Source of the DNA: a virus
IMG/VR virus record: IMGVR_UViG_3300042806_000219
Coordinates: 1-29,211 of that record
DNA: 29,211 bases
Strand: one strand, 5' to 3'
Of the stretch, positions 22,969 to 29,211 are shown piece by piece. The translations under genes and the position numbers were made by a program. The stretch's first letter is position 1. Each line of letters starts with the position of its first letter. Under the pieces are notes generated by a model. The model had not been told where the DNA came from and made no database searches. It saw only the letters and a list, made by a program, of their open reading frames with translations.

Positions 22969-24174
22969 GTGTCGGTAACGGTTGAGCTGGGGTTGTCTAA
23001 AGCGTTCACGTTGGATGATGCGGTGGCTGGTGTGATCGGTTCCACTGAGTTCACTATTGGTGGAATTTCATTCACTGACATCACTTCGAGGGTGACGGGG
23101 TTGTCGTTGTCGCGGGGTAAGAACCGTGACCTTGACAGGTTCAATGCTGGCACTTTGTCGGTGACGGTGAATAATGAGGATCGTGCGTTCGACCCTCTTT
23201 ATACGAGTTCACCTTTTTTCGGGGATATTGTGCCTCGCCGTGATGTGCGCGTGTTGGCTAACGGTACGGCGATTCAGTATGTGGGGAAGATTCTTGACTG
23301 GAATTTTGATTTCGAGCCGAATGGTCGGCAGTCTGCTTCGTTGGAGGCTGCGGATGGTTTCACGTTTCTTGCACAACAGGAGCTGACTCCGGGGACTGCG
23401 GTGGCACAGTTGACGGGTGCCCGCGTTGAGGCAGTGTTGTCGCAACCTTCAGTGGATTGGCCGGTTGCAGATCGTGTCATTGATGCTGGCAACAGTGACC
23501 TTGGTGCTGACGTGTTTGAGGGTAACGTGTTGTCCTATTTGCAGAAGGTGGAGCAGTCTGAAGGTGGACTGTTATTTATTGATAAGTCTGGGCGGGTTGC
23601 GTTTGTTGACCGGCTCACCACGCCAACAGTGGATAACGTGACAGTGTTTGCGGATGATGGGACTGGGATTCCGTTTGCACCGGCGGCACTCGATTACGGT
23701 ACGGAGCAACTGTATAACTCGATAACAGTGACGAGCCCTGGGTCTACAGCTGTGGCTTCTGGGGCGTTGTCGCAGACTCGTTATGGGATTGCAGAGTTGA
23801 CGGTGGACACGCTCATTGACGATGCGGATGAGGTGCAGGGTTTAGCAGATTTGTTGCTCTCGCGTTTCTCTGAGCCACAGTTACGGTTTCAGGCGATCCG
23901 TGTGGATGTGGACAAAATTACGGCTCCACAACGGGCTGAAGTGTTTGCGTTGGAGATTGGTGATGTTGCTCAGGTGAAACTCACACCGGGTAATCCTCCG
24001 GTGGGGGCGAAGGTGGAACGGTACGGGCAGGTCATTCAGATCGCGCATGACGTGTCCCCTGGGAGCCATCAGGTGACGTTCGGGTTGGGGTCGTTGCAGA
24101 CATCCTTGTTCGTTATCGGTGACCCGGAGTTCGGTACAATAGGTGAGGGCGCTCCAGGCGTTCTTGGTTTCTAG
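22969..24174 (+). CDS. Minor tail protein (distal tail, Dit-like)
   Basis: 401 aa, GTG start 3 nt after the tape-measure stop. LSLSRGKNRDLDRFNAGTLSVTVNNEDRAFDP is typical of actinophage minor tail proteins that follow the tape measure. Confidence 0.7.
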   Translation: MSVTVELGLSKAFTLDDAVAGVIGSTEFTIGGISFTDITSRVTGLSLSRGKNRDLDRFNAGTLSVTVNNEDRAFDPLYTSSPFFGDIVPRRDVRVLANGTAIQYVGKILDWNFDFEPNGRQSASLEAADGFTFLAQQELTPGTAVAQLTGARVEAVLSQPSVDWPVADRVIDAGNSDLGADVFEGNVLSYLQKVEQSEGGLLFIDKSGRVAFVDRLTTPTVDNVTVFADDGTGIPFAPAALDYGTEQLYNSITVTSPGSTAVASGALSQTRYGIAELTVDTLIDDADEVQGLADLLLSRFSEPQLRFQAIRVDVDKITAPQRAEVFALEIGDVAQVKLTPGNPPVGAKVERYGQVIQIAHDVSPGSHQVTFGLGSLQTSLFVIGDPEFGTIGEGAPGVLGF

Positions 24175-24185
24175 GAGGCGTTGAG

Positions 24186-24395
24186 TTGGCTGGTGCAGGG
24201 TTCAAGGTGTTCCAGGATGGGAATGTCCTTCTTGCCTCGGAGGTGAACACTTTCATCATGGATCAGATGATTATGGTGTTTGCCGATGCTGCGGCTAGGG
24301 ATGCTGCGATTTTGTCCCCGAGTGAGGGGATGTTTGCGTTTTTGAAGGACACAGACAAGTTGACTGTGTATAAGACTAGTTGGGGAGATTTCTAA
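24186..24395 (+). CDS. 69-aa minor tail protein, stand-alone copy of the fibre N-terminal module
   Basis: TTG start 7 nt after AGGAGG. It aligns along its whole length with the first ~70 aa of the next gene (VFADAAARDAAILSPSEGMFAFLKDTDKLTVY versus VFAGTAARGSAIGTAVEGQFAFLKDSDKLTYY). Confidence 0.7.
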   Translation: MAGAGFKVFQDGNVLLASEVNTFIMDQMIMVFADAAARDAAILSPSEGMFAFLKDTDKLTVYKTSWGDF

Positions 24396-25456
24396 TGGCT
24401 GCAGGCGGTTACAAAGAGTTTGTCGCTGGTGAAATTCTTGACGAGGATGACATCAACGATTACCTCATGCAGGGTGTCCTCGTCTTTGCTGGTACTGCTG
24501 CGCGTGGTTCTGCGATTGGGACTGCGGTGGAGGGCCAGTTTGCTTTCTTGAAAGACTCCGACAAGCTCACCTACTATTCCGGTTCGGCGTGGGAGGAATT
24601 GTCTACGACTCCTGGGGCTGCCGTTGTGTCTGGAACTACAGGCTCACCAACTTTAGGAACAGTGTCATCGGGTGGCACGACATACAATGTGTATTCGTTC
24701 ACCGGCTCTGGGTCGATTACTTTCAGCGAGGATGGTTTTGCTGAGCTGCTTGTTATTGGCGGCGGTGGAGGTGGTGGCATCGGGTGGGCTGGCGGCGGCG
24801 GTGCCGGCGGTTATCTACCGATTTCTGAAGCATATTTTCCGGTTGGTACTGCGACAATCACTGTTGGTGCTGGTGGAGCTGGCGCTGACGCTAACGACAA
24901 TGAAGGGCTGTCTGGAAACAACGGCAATTCCTCAAGAATTGGAAGTTTTTATTCGCCTGGTGGTGGGGGTGGGAGTGGCGGTACGCGCCTTTCGACTGGT
25001 CAAGTCCAGAGAGTCAACGGCCGCAACGGTGGTTCAGGCGGTGGCTCTTCAGGCTTTCAAACCAACGCAGCCGGAGCTGGCGGATTAGGTTTCTCTCCTA
25101 TAGGCAACGATGGCGGAAACCAAAGCACAATTAACACTGCCGCTGGTGGTGGAGGCGGTGGCTCCTCGGCTGTTGGAGGCTCAACTTCAACAACAACGGG
25201 TGGTGCTGGTGGAAATGGGACAGCATCTTCAATCACGGGTTCTTCAGTCACTAGAGCCGGCGGAGGCGGAGGGGGGGGAAATCCGACTGGTGGGGCAGCA
25301 GGCTCCGGCGGTGCAACAGCTGGAACCCACAACACGAGTGCCAGCGCCGCAACTGCAAACACTGGCTCAGGTGGCGGCGGAGTCAGCGATTTCTCTAACG
25401 CGTTAACGGGCGGTAATGGTGGTTCAGGTATTGTGATTGTGAGGGTGGCTGTCTAA
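24395..25456 (+). CDS. Glycine-rich tail fibre / minor tail protein
   Basis: Track ORF 24380-25456 trimmed to ATG 24395 (TAATG overlap). It has the conserved N-terminal module, then long GGxGG and Ser/Thr-rich repeats, ending in GGNGGSGIVIVRVAV as in glycine-rich phage tail proteins. Confidence 0.8.
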   Translation: MAAGGYKEFVAGEILDEDDINDYLMQGVLVFAGTAARGSAIGTAVEGQFAFLKDSDKLTYYSGSAWEELSTTPGAAVVSGTTGSPTLGTVSSGGTTYNVYSFTGSGSITFSEDGFAELLVIGGGGGGGIGWAGGGGAGGYLPISEAYFPVGTATITVGAGGAGADANDNEGLSGNNGNSSRIGSFYSPGGGGGSGGTRLSTGQVQRVNGRNGGSGGGSSGFQTNAAGAGGLGFSPIGNDGGNQSTINTAAGGGGGGSSAVGGSTSTTTGGAGGNGTASSITGSSVTRAGGGGGGGNPTGGAAGSGGATAGTHNTSASAATANTGSGGGGVSDFSNALTGGNGGSGIVIVRVAV

Positions 25457-25716
25457 TGGCACATTATGCGCGGATTGATTCCGATAACAAGGTTCGGGAA
25501 GTGATTGTTGTTCACAACGATACGCTCACTGATGAGAATGGTGATGAGTCTGAAGCACTTGGGCAGGCTTTCGTTTCCTCATTGGGGATGCAGGGAACCT
25601 GGTTGCAGTGTTCCTATAACGGAACATTTAGGGGAGTTTATCCAGGTATCGGGTACACCTATGATTCGGTGGCTGATGTTTTTGTTAAGCCTGAGGTGTC
25701 TGATGAGGCTGTCTAA
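25456..25716 (+). CDS. Hypothetical protein downstream of the fibre
   Basis: 86 aa, TAATG overlap. The opening MAHYARIDSDNKVREVIVV resembles small proteins often found beside phage fibre genes. Confidence 0.65.
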   Translation: MAHYARIDSDNKVREVIVVHNDTLTDENGDESEALGQAFVSSLGMQGTWLQCSYNGTFRGVYPGIGYTYDSVADVFVKPEVSDEAV

Positions 25717-26398
25717 ACCTTGGCCTGACGGGTTCACTGTCAATCCCAACGGTAAGTATGGGCCTCGCCGTCATCCCATTTCAGGCAAGGCCGGTGTCAA
25801 ACATCGCGGAATAGACATCGCCGGCACTTTCCCCGTCACTTCGGCTGCTCCTGGTGTTGTGGTTCATGTCGGTTGGAGTCCTAAAGGTGGCGGTAACACT
25901 GTTCTCATAGATCATGGGGAAGTTCACACTGCTTACTATCATGGGGCGCACAAGACTGGGCTTCGCGTTGGTGAACGGGTGGAGGCTGGGACTTTCATTT
26001 ACACTTCGGGGACTACTGGGGCGAGCACTGGGGTTCACCTACATTTTGAGGTTCGCAAACGCGCCAACTGGGGAACCGATGTGGATCCCACACCGTACCT
26101 GAATGGAAACTCCGCAGCATCAACATTGAAAGTGTCTGGGCGTGAAGATCGTGCAACCTGGAAGCAATGGCAAACATGGTTGCAGGAGCAGAAGTTCTAT
26201 CAGGGTCGCATTGACGGTGTGCCAGGGGCTATGACCTATAAGGCGATTCAGGCTTGGGTGGGTACTCCTCAAACCGGCAAACTTGACCTACCAACCAGGA
26301 AAGCTGTGCAGGCGCGTATCGGTGTGACAGCTGACGGTGTGTGGGGCCGTGGCACTTGGTCTACGGTTCAACGCAAACTGAATGAGGGTTCGCTATGA
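25703..26398 (+). CDS. Endolysin: M23 peptidase plus C-terminal peptidoglycan-binding domain
   Basis: Track ORF 25505-26398 trimmed to ATG 25703. HRGIDI (HxxxD) and HLHFEV (HxH) are the M23 metal ligands. The C-terminal FYQGRIDGVPGAMTYKAIQAW...VTADGVWGRGTW resembles PG_binding_1. Confidence 0.85.
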   Translation: MRLSKPWPDGFTVNPNGKYGPRRHPISGKAGVKHRGIDIAGTFPVTSAAPGVVVHVGWSPKGGGNTVLIDHGEVHTAYYHGAHKTGLRVGERVEAGTFIYTSGTTGASTGVHLHFEVRKRANWGTDVDPTPYLNGNSAASTLKVSGREDRATWKQWQTWLQEQKFYQGRIDGVPGAMTYKAIQAWVGTPQTGKLDLPTRKAVQARIGVTADGVWGRGTWSTVQRKLNEGSL

Positions 26399-26634
26399 CC
26401 GAGGAGCATGCTGAAACTGCTGGCGTGAAGGTGTCTATGAGGGACATTTATTTGGAGGTTCAACGGCAGGGCCGCCTGTTGGAGAAAATTGCTAACTCCC
26501 TGCCTGATTCAGAAGCAAAGATTGACGATCATGAGATGCGGATTCGCAAACTAGAGCAACGGATGTGGCAGGTCATCGGGGTCTTTGGATTCTTGGCCGC
26601 AATCATCAGCCCGATGGTGGCGATCCTCACATGA
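26395..26634 (+). CDS. Lysis-cassette membrane protein (coiled coil plus C-terminal TM anchor)
   Basis: 79 aa, ATGA overlap with the endolysin. C-terminal helix WQVIGVFGFLAAIISPMVAIL. Confidence 0.6.
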   Translation: MTEEHAETAGVKVSMRDIYLEVQRQGRLLEKIANSLPDSEAKIDDHEMRIRKLEQRMWQVIGVFGFLAAIISPMVAILT

Positions 26635-26852
26635 AACCGTCATGGAAGATTCGGCGCAGATATATTTTCGCAGCGTTCTCTCTCGGCTCACTCATGCTTC
26701 TCAGCGGTTCCGTAGCGGTGCTCATGAATAACGACAGTGCAACCAGCGACCTGATTACGGGTGGGGTTGCTTTGGTAACTTTGATTACAACCTCATACTG
26801 TTTCGCGGCAGTGTGGGAAGACAAATCGATAAAGGAGAATCAAGATGGATAA
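26631..26852 (+). CDS. Two-TM membrane protein, holin candidate
   Basis: Track ORF 26565-26852 trimmed to ATG 26631 (ATGA overlap). MKPSWKIRRRYIFAAFSLGSLMLLSGSVAVL...GGVALVTLITTSYCFAAVW gives two TM helices. Confidence 0.6.
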   Translation: MKPSWKIRRRYIFAAFSLGSLMLLSGSVAVLMNNDSATSDLITGGVALVTLITTSYCFAAVWEDKSIKENQDG

Positions 26853-27045
26853 GTGGAAGAAGTATTGGGATTTCGCGTTGGAGCGTGCAGTGAAAACTGT
26901 TGCTCAGGTTGCGCTAGCTGCGTTGGTTGCCGGTGCCGGCATTCTCGATGTGGACTGGATTCAGGTTGCTTCAGTTTCCCTGCTGGCCGGTCTGATGTCG
27001 TTGCTCACCTCGGTTCTCACATACGATAAGGCTGACTTATCATGA
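26845..27045 (+). CDS. Holin (r1t-like pattern)
   Basis: 66 aa. KKYWDFALERAVKTVAQVALAALVAGAG resembles the r1t-type holin opening. A second hydrophobic helix follows. Confidence 0.6.
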   Translation: MDKWKKYWDFALERAVKTVAQVALAALVAGAGILDVDWIQVASVSLLAGLMSLLTSVLTYDKADLS

Positions 27046-27122
27046 GTGAGCGTGAGGTTGTGGATGGTTTCGCTGTGCCGGTAGATCCGATGGATTTGCT
27101 TAACTGCGAAAGTTGTCAATAG
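27042..27122 (+). CDS. 26-aa micro-ORF at the end of the lysis cassette
   Basis: ATGA overlap with the holin stop. Translation MSEREVVDGFAVPVDPMDLLNCESCQ. The only support is the coupling geometry. Confidence 0.3.
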   Translation: MSEREVVDGFAVPVDPMDLLNCESCQ

Positions 27123-27163
27123 GATAGACGCGTTCGTGGTGAACGCTTCTTCTCATGGAGGCT

Positions 27164-27193
27164 AACTCCCCGTCATCTAGGTGGCGGGGAGTT
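27164..27193. terminator. Hairpin between convergent late (+) and regulatory (-) genes; possible bidirectional terminator
   Basis: AACTCCCCG (27164-27172) pairs with CGGGGAGTT (27185-27193): 9 bp perfect, 12-nt loop. There is no clear U-tract on either strand. Confidence 0.45.
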
Positions 27194-27195
27194 TC

Positions 27196-27399
27196 TCATT
27201 CCCCTAACCACGAATAGATTGTGGCCCTTGTCACGCCTAGTTTCTTTGCCAGGTGCCTAATGTTATCTCCCTGGGTATGTTCGGCCCGTAGACGGGCTCT
27301 GAGGGCTTTTGTGACCCGTTCTAGGCGTTGTAACTGCCAGACACGAAGGTCGGCAAGCTGCTCAACCGATAGTTCGTCATAGTTTCCTAAATAATCCAT
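27196..27399 (-). CDS. Small helix-turn-helix regulator (Cro/repressor/excisionase-like)
   Basis: Track ORF 27196-27555 trimmed to ATG 27399 (MDYLGNYDEL...). C-terminal HTH NIRHLAKKLGVTRATIYSWLGE. Divergent from the + genes that start at 27471. Confidence 0.65.
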   Translation of the reverse strand: MDYLGNYDELSVEQLADLRVWQLQRLERVTKALRARLRAEHTQGDNIRHLAKKLGVTRATIYSWLGE

Positions 27400-27470
27400 G
27401 CTCAGAAGTATACACTTTTTGAGGGTTGTGGTGTATCGTGCTAGACAACCCGAATGAAAGGTGGAACACA

Positions 27471-27803
27471 ATGGGTTACTTTCAACAGTTAGAGATTGAG
27501 CTGCAGGACATTCGTGACCCTCATATGAGGGCGGTTGTGTTGTGGAAACGTGCACACGAACATTTGATGACTGCCGAAGAACTGTGGGCGGTTATGACGG
27601 ATGAGGTGAAGATGGAACGGGCTCTTACTTTGTGGGAGAACGAAATGTCCTTGCCACTGCCGAAACAGGCGAGCGATCATGTTGCTTTGCTCCCTCGGAG
27701 GCGTGACCTTCGACCTAAGAAGAACCGGATGTGTGTGGTCGGGTGGTCGCTTATCGTTTCAGCGTTGGTGGTTGGTGTGACTGTGATTGTGGTGTCATTG
27801 TGA
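27471..27803 (+). CDS. Membrane-anchored hypothetical protein (C-terminal TM)
   Basis: Track ORF 27426-27803 trimmed to ATG 27471, which follows GAAAGGTGGA. C-terminal helix VVGWSLIVSALVVGVTVIVVSL. Confidence 0.6.
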   Translation: MGYFQQLEIELQDIRDPHMRAVVLWKRAHEHLMTAEELWAVMTDEVKMERALTLWENEMSLPLPKQASDHVALLPRRRDLRPKKNRMCVVGWSLIVSALVVGVTVIVVSL

Positions 27804-27937
27804 GGGCCGGGTGGGTTTTCATCGGCCTAGGTGTTGGTAGCGCTGTGCTGTTCCAACACTTAGACTCACTGATTTTCGGTGGGTTGCTTGTCCTGATGGG
27901 TGTTTGGGTTTTGACGATAAAGGAGCCGGTTCGATGA
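27800..27937 (+). CDS. 45-aa two-TM membrane protein
   Basis: GTG 27800 in a GTGA overlap. Translation VRAGWVFIGLGVGSAVLFQHLDSLIFGGLLVLMGVWVLTIKEPVR. Confidence 0.5.
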   Translation: MRAGWVFIGLGVGSAVLFQHLDSLIFGGLLVLMGVWVLTIKEPVR

Positions 27938-28104
27938 TGGATTTGCGGATGGATGGGCGGGACATTTGCTTACGCCTACGGGATGATGTGTGGCAGATAG
28001 GGGAACCTGGGACACTGTGCATCACTCGGGAGCAGGCTTACTTCCTGCGGGCTCACTTGAATGCGCTCGATGCGGCGTTCTATGACGAGCCTGAAGACGG
28101 CTAA
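27934..28104 (+). CDS. 56-aa hypothetical protein
   Basis: ATG 27934 in an ATGA overlap. Its stop overlaps the whiB-like stop on the other strand. Confidence 0.5.
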   Translation: MMDLRMDGRDICLRLRDDVWQIGEPGTLCITREQAYFLRAHLNALDAAFYDEPEDG

Positions 28105-28391
28105 CGCTCGTGTGGGAGGGTGCCTGCCCAGATTCCATAGGGTTCTTGCGCTTCGATAGCGTAGGCGAAACATTGAATCAGCAGCGGGCACTCTTTGCAC
28201 AACGCTTTGGCCGTTCGGATCGCGTACTCCCTGGTCTGTTTGTCGGGGAAGTCTTCGGGGAAGAAAATGTCGGGGATGTCTTGACATGGCACACCACCGA
28301 TTTTGACAATGGCTGCACTGAAGTCGCGGTAGCTTTGTCCCCGGTTGCTCATACAGTAAAGGTTAGTGGAGGTTTCAATGGTTGAGAACAA
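28101..28391 (-). CDS. whiB: WhiB-family transcription factor
   Basis: Four Cys in the WhiB arrangement (VPCQD...ALCKECPLLIQC), followed by the GIWAG turn. The start is TTG 28391 or, more likely, ATG 28352 (MSNRGQ...), which avoids overlap with the divergent gene. Confidence 0.85.
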   Translation of the reverse strand: MFSTIETSTNLYCMSNRGQSYRDFSAAIVKIGGVPCQDIPDIFFPEDFPDKQTREYAIRTAKALCKECPLLIQCFAYAIEAQEPYGIWAGTLPHER

Positions 28392-28593
28392 TGTGACGGA
28401 TATTCGGGCGGCTCGGTTAGCTGACCTGATTATGGCTGAGTGGTTGGATTCGCAATCTGATTCGGGTGCAATCTGGGAGAAGTCTTGGGCTGCTTTGAAA
28501 CTTGCTAAGACGGAGAACCCGGAGGAAGTGTTTCGTGAGGCTTTGCAGATAGCTCACGCTCGTTGGAAGAAGATGTTCAATGTTAAGTCCTGA
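28378..28593 (+). CDS. Hypothetical early protein
   Basis: Track ORF 28366-28593 trimmed to ATG 28378, which follows GGAGG. 71 aa. Confidence 0.6.
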   Translation: MVENNVTDIRAARLADLIMAEWLDSQSDSGAIWEKSWAALKLAKTENPEEVFREALQIAHARWKKMFNVKS

Positions 28594-29176
28594 CCAGTTT
28601 GTGGCTTCTAAGTCGGTCAATGCTGAACGGTGGTTGTCGGCTCGTAGGGAGGGTGTGACGGCTACGCAGGTGGCGAAGGCTGCATCGGGGCCGGGCGGGT
28701 TTGAGCAGGCGGTGGAGGATTATCGTGCCGACTTTGTGGAGAACGATAACCCGTATATGGCGTTTGGTCGTGCCTGGGAAGGGCCGATTTCGATGTTCCT
28801 GAAAGACAAGCATGGTGTGATGCCGAATGATTGGCTGATTTCATCCAGGGTGAGCGACCACTATCTCTGCACACCTGACGGGCTCACGCTCGAACATCAC
28901 GCAATCTCTGAAGTGAAGACTACGGGGAAGGATTGGAACCCGGTGAAAATCCCGTTACAGTATCGGCGGCAGGTGCAATGGCAACTGTTTGTGACGGGTG
29001 CAGAGTTCTGCTATTTTGCGTGGTTGCTCAGGGAGGAACGGGATGGGGCGTTTATGCCGGCCTGGTTTGACCCGAAGGTGATAAGGATTGAGCGTGATGA
29101 GGAGATGATTGTTTCGTTGGTCAGGGTGGCTGACGATTTATGGGAAAGGGTGAACGATGACAATACAGTTGCATGA
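28580..29176 (+). CDS. YqaJ-like PD-(D/E)XK recombination exonuclease
   Basis: 198 aa. The N-terminal WLSARREGVTATQVAKAA resembles the YqaJ opening. Catalytic-type TPDGL...ISEVKT (D...E-x-K). The last 55 nt lie in the terminal repeat. Confidence 0.8.
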   Translation: MLSPDQFVASKSVNAERWLSARREGVTATQVAKAASGPGGFEQAVEDYRADFVENDNPYMAFGRAWEGPISMFLKDKHGVMPNDWLISSRVSDHYLCTPDGLTLEHHAISEVKTTGKDWNPVKIPLQYRRQVQWQLFVTGAEFCYFAWLLREERDGAFMPAWFDPKVIRIERDEEMIVSLVRVADDLWERVNDDNTVA

Positions 29177-29211
29177 AATAACACCAACACTGATTGAGCA
29201 GTTGTTGGAGC
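29122..29211. repeat. Right copy of the 90-bp exact terminal repeat
   Basis: Identical to bases 1-90. Confidence 0.95.

Noticed and set aside
24770-25400. Highly repetitive GGN-rich DNA considered as a CRISPR array, a tandem-repeat locus or a DGR variable region. This includes the alternative-frame ORFs 24672-25088, 25057-25362 and 25110-25406.
   Set aside because: There is no regular repeat-spacer periodicity. The repetition is codon-level (Gly/Ser/Thr) within one long ORF with a typical glycine-rich fibre ending. The genome has no reverse transcriptase or template repeat. The alternative-frame ORFs are by-products of the GGN repeats.
25505-25702. N-terminal 66 codons of track ORF 25505-26398
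   Set aside because: It overlaps the 25456-25716 gene out of frame. The M23 domain begins right after ATG 25703.
27408-27416. Shared TATACACT element at the 27408 region and at the 2449-2456 promoter, considered as a phage-specific promoter consensus
   Set aside because: TACACT also occurs inside several coding regions (for example near 9009, 17386 and 17707). Two intergenic hits are therefore not statistically meaningful without a genome-wide count.
1-29211. Search for an integrase, transposase, ParA/ParB, DNA polymerase/primase/helicase or a toxin-antitoxin pair
   Set aside because: No translated ORF of at least 60 aa shows tyrosine- or serine-recombinase motifs, DDE motifs, Walker-type ParA motifs or polymerase motifs. 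The only Walker A/B protein is TerL. This was judged by eye, so a profile search could still find a divergent member.

Overview
The window is one complete phage genome. Bases 1-90 are repeated exactly at 29122-29211, and ORFs read through that junction, so the unique length is about 29,121 bp (a circular assembly or terminal redundancy). It is a small HK97-like siphovirus. The host is probably actinobacterial: there is a WhiB-family gene, frequent GTG/TTG starts, many 4-nt GTGA/ATGA start-stop overlaps, and leaderless-type promoter geometry.

Nearly all genes are on the + strand.
- Early/replication genes (28378 through the junction to 1712, then 2717-8545): YqaJ-like exonuclease, small HTH/RHH proteins, a winged-helix replication initiator with iterons inside its own gene, SSB, RusA, a metallophosphoesterase and an HNH endonuclease.
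- Packaging and head genes (8690-16099): zinc-ribbon HNH, P27-type TerS, TerL, HK97 portal, a long prohead protease, and a major capsid gene bracketed by two strong terminators.
- Tail genes (18967-25716): head-tail connector, major tail protein, chaperones with a -1 frameshift, tape measure, Dit-like protein and a glycine-rich fibre.
- Lysis genes (25703-27122): M23 endolysin plus small membrane proteins.
- Minus strand: only a few elements (a small ORF, a tRNA-like RNA, a small HTH protein, WhiB).
- I found no integrase, partition system, DNA polymerase, CRISPR array or canonical tRNA.

Two things look unusual.
1. A four-gene cassette (GT4 glycosyltransferase, TagD-like cytidylyltransferase, an unknown 168-aa protein, GT2 glycosyltransferase) sits between the capsid gene and the head-tail connector gene. 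This suggests a glycan containing glycerol-phosphate (or another CDP-alcohol-derived group) made late in infection, possibly placed on the virion.
2. An 85-nt minus-strand RNA resembles an isolated tmRNA tRNA-like domain with no mRNA module. It lies next to a strongly promoted, possibly leaderless small ORF and a roughly 400-bp ORF-free, hairpin-rich region.

All functional calls come from motifs read by eye in the translations. No database search was run.
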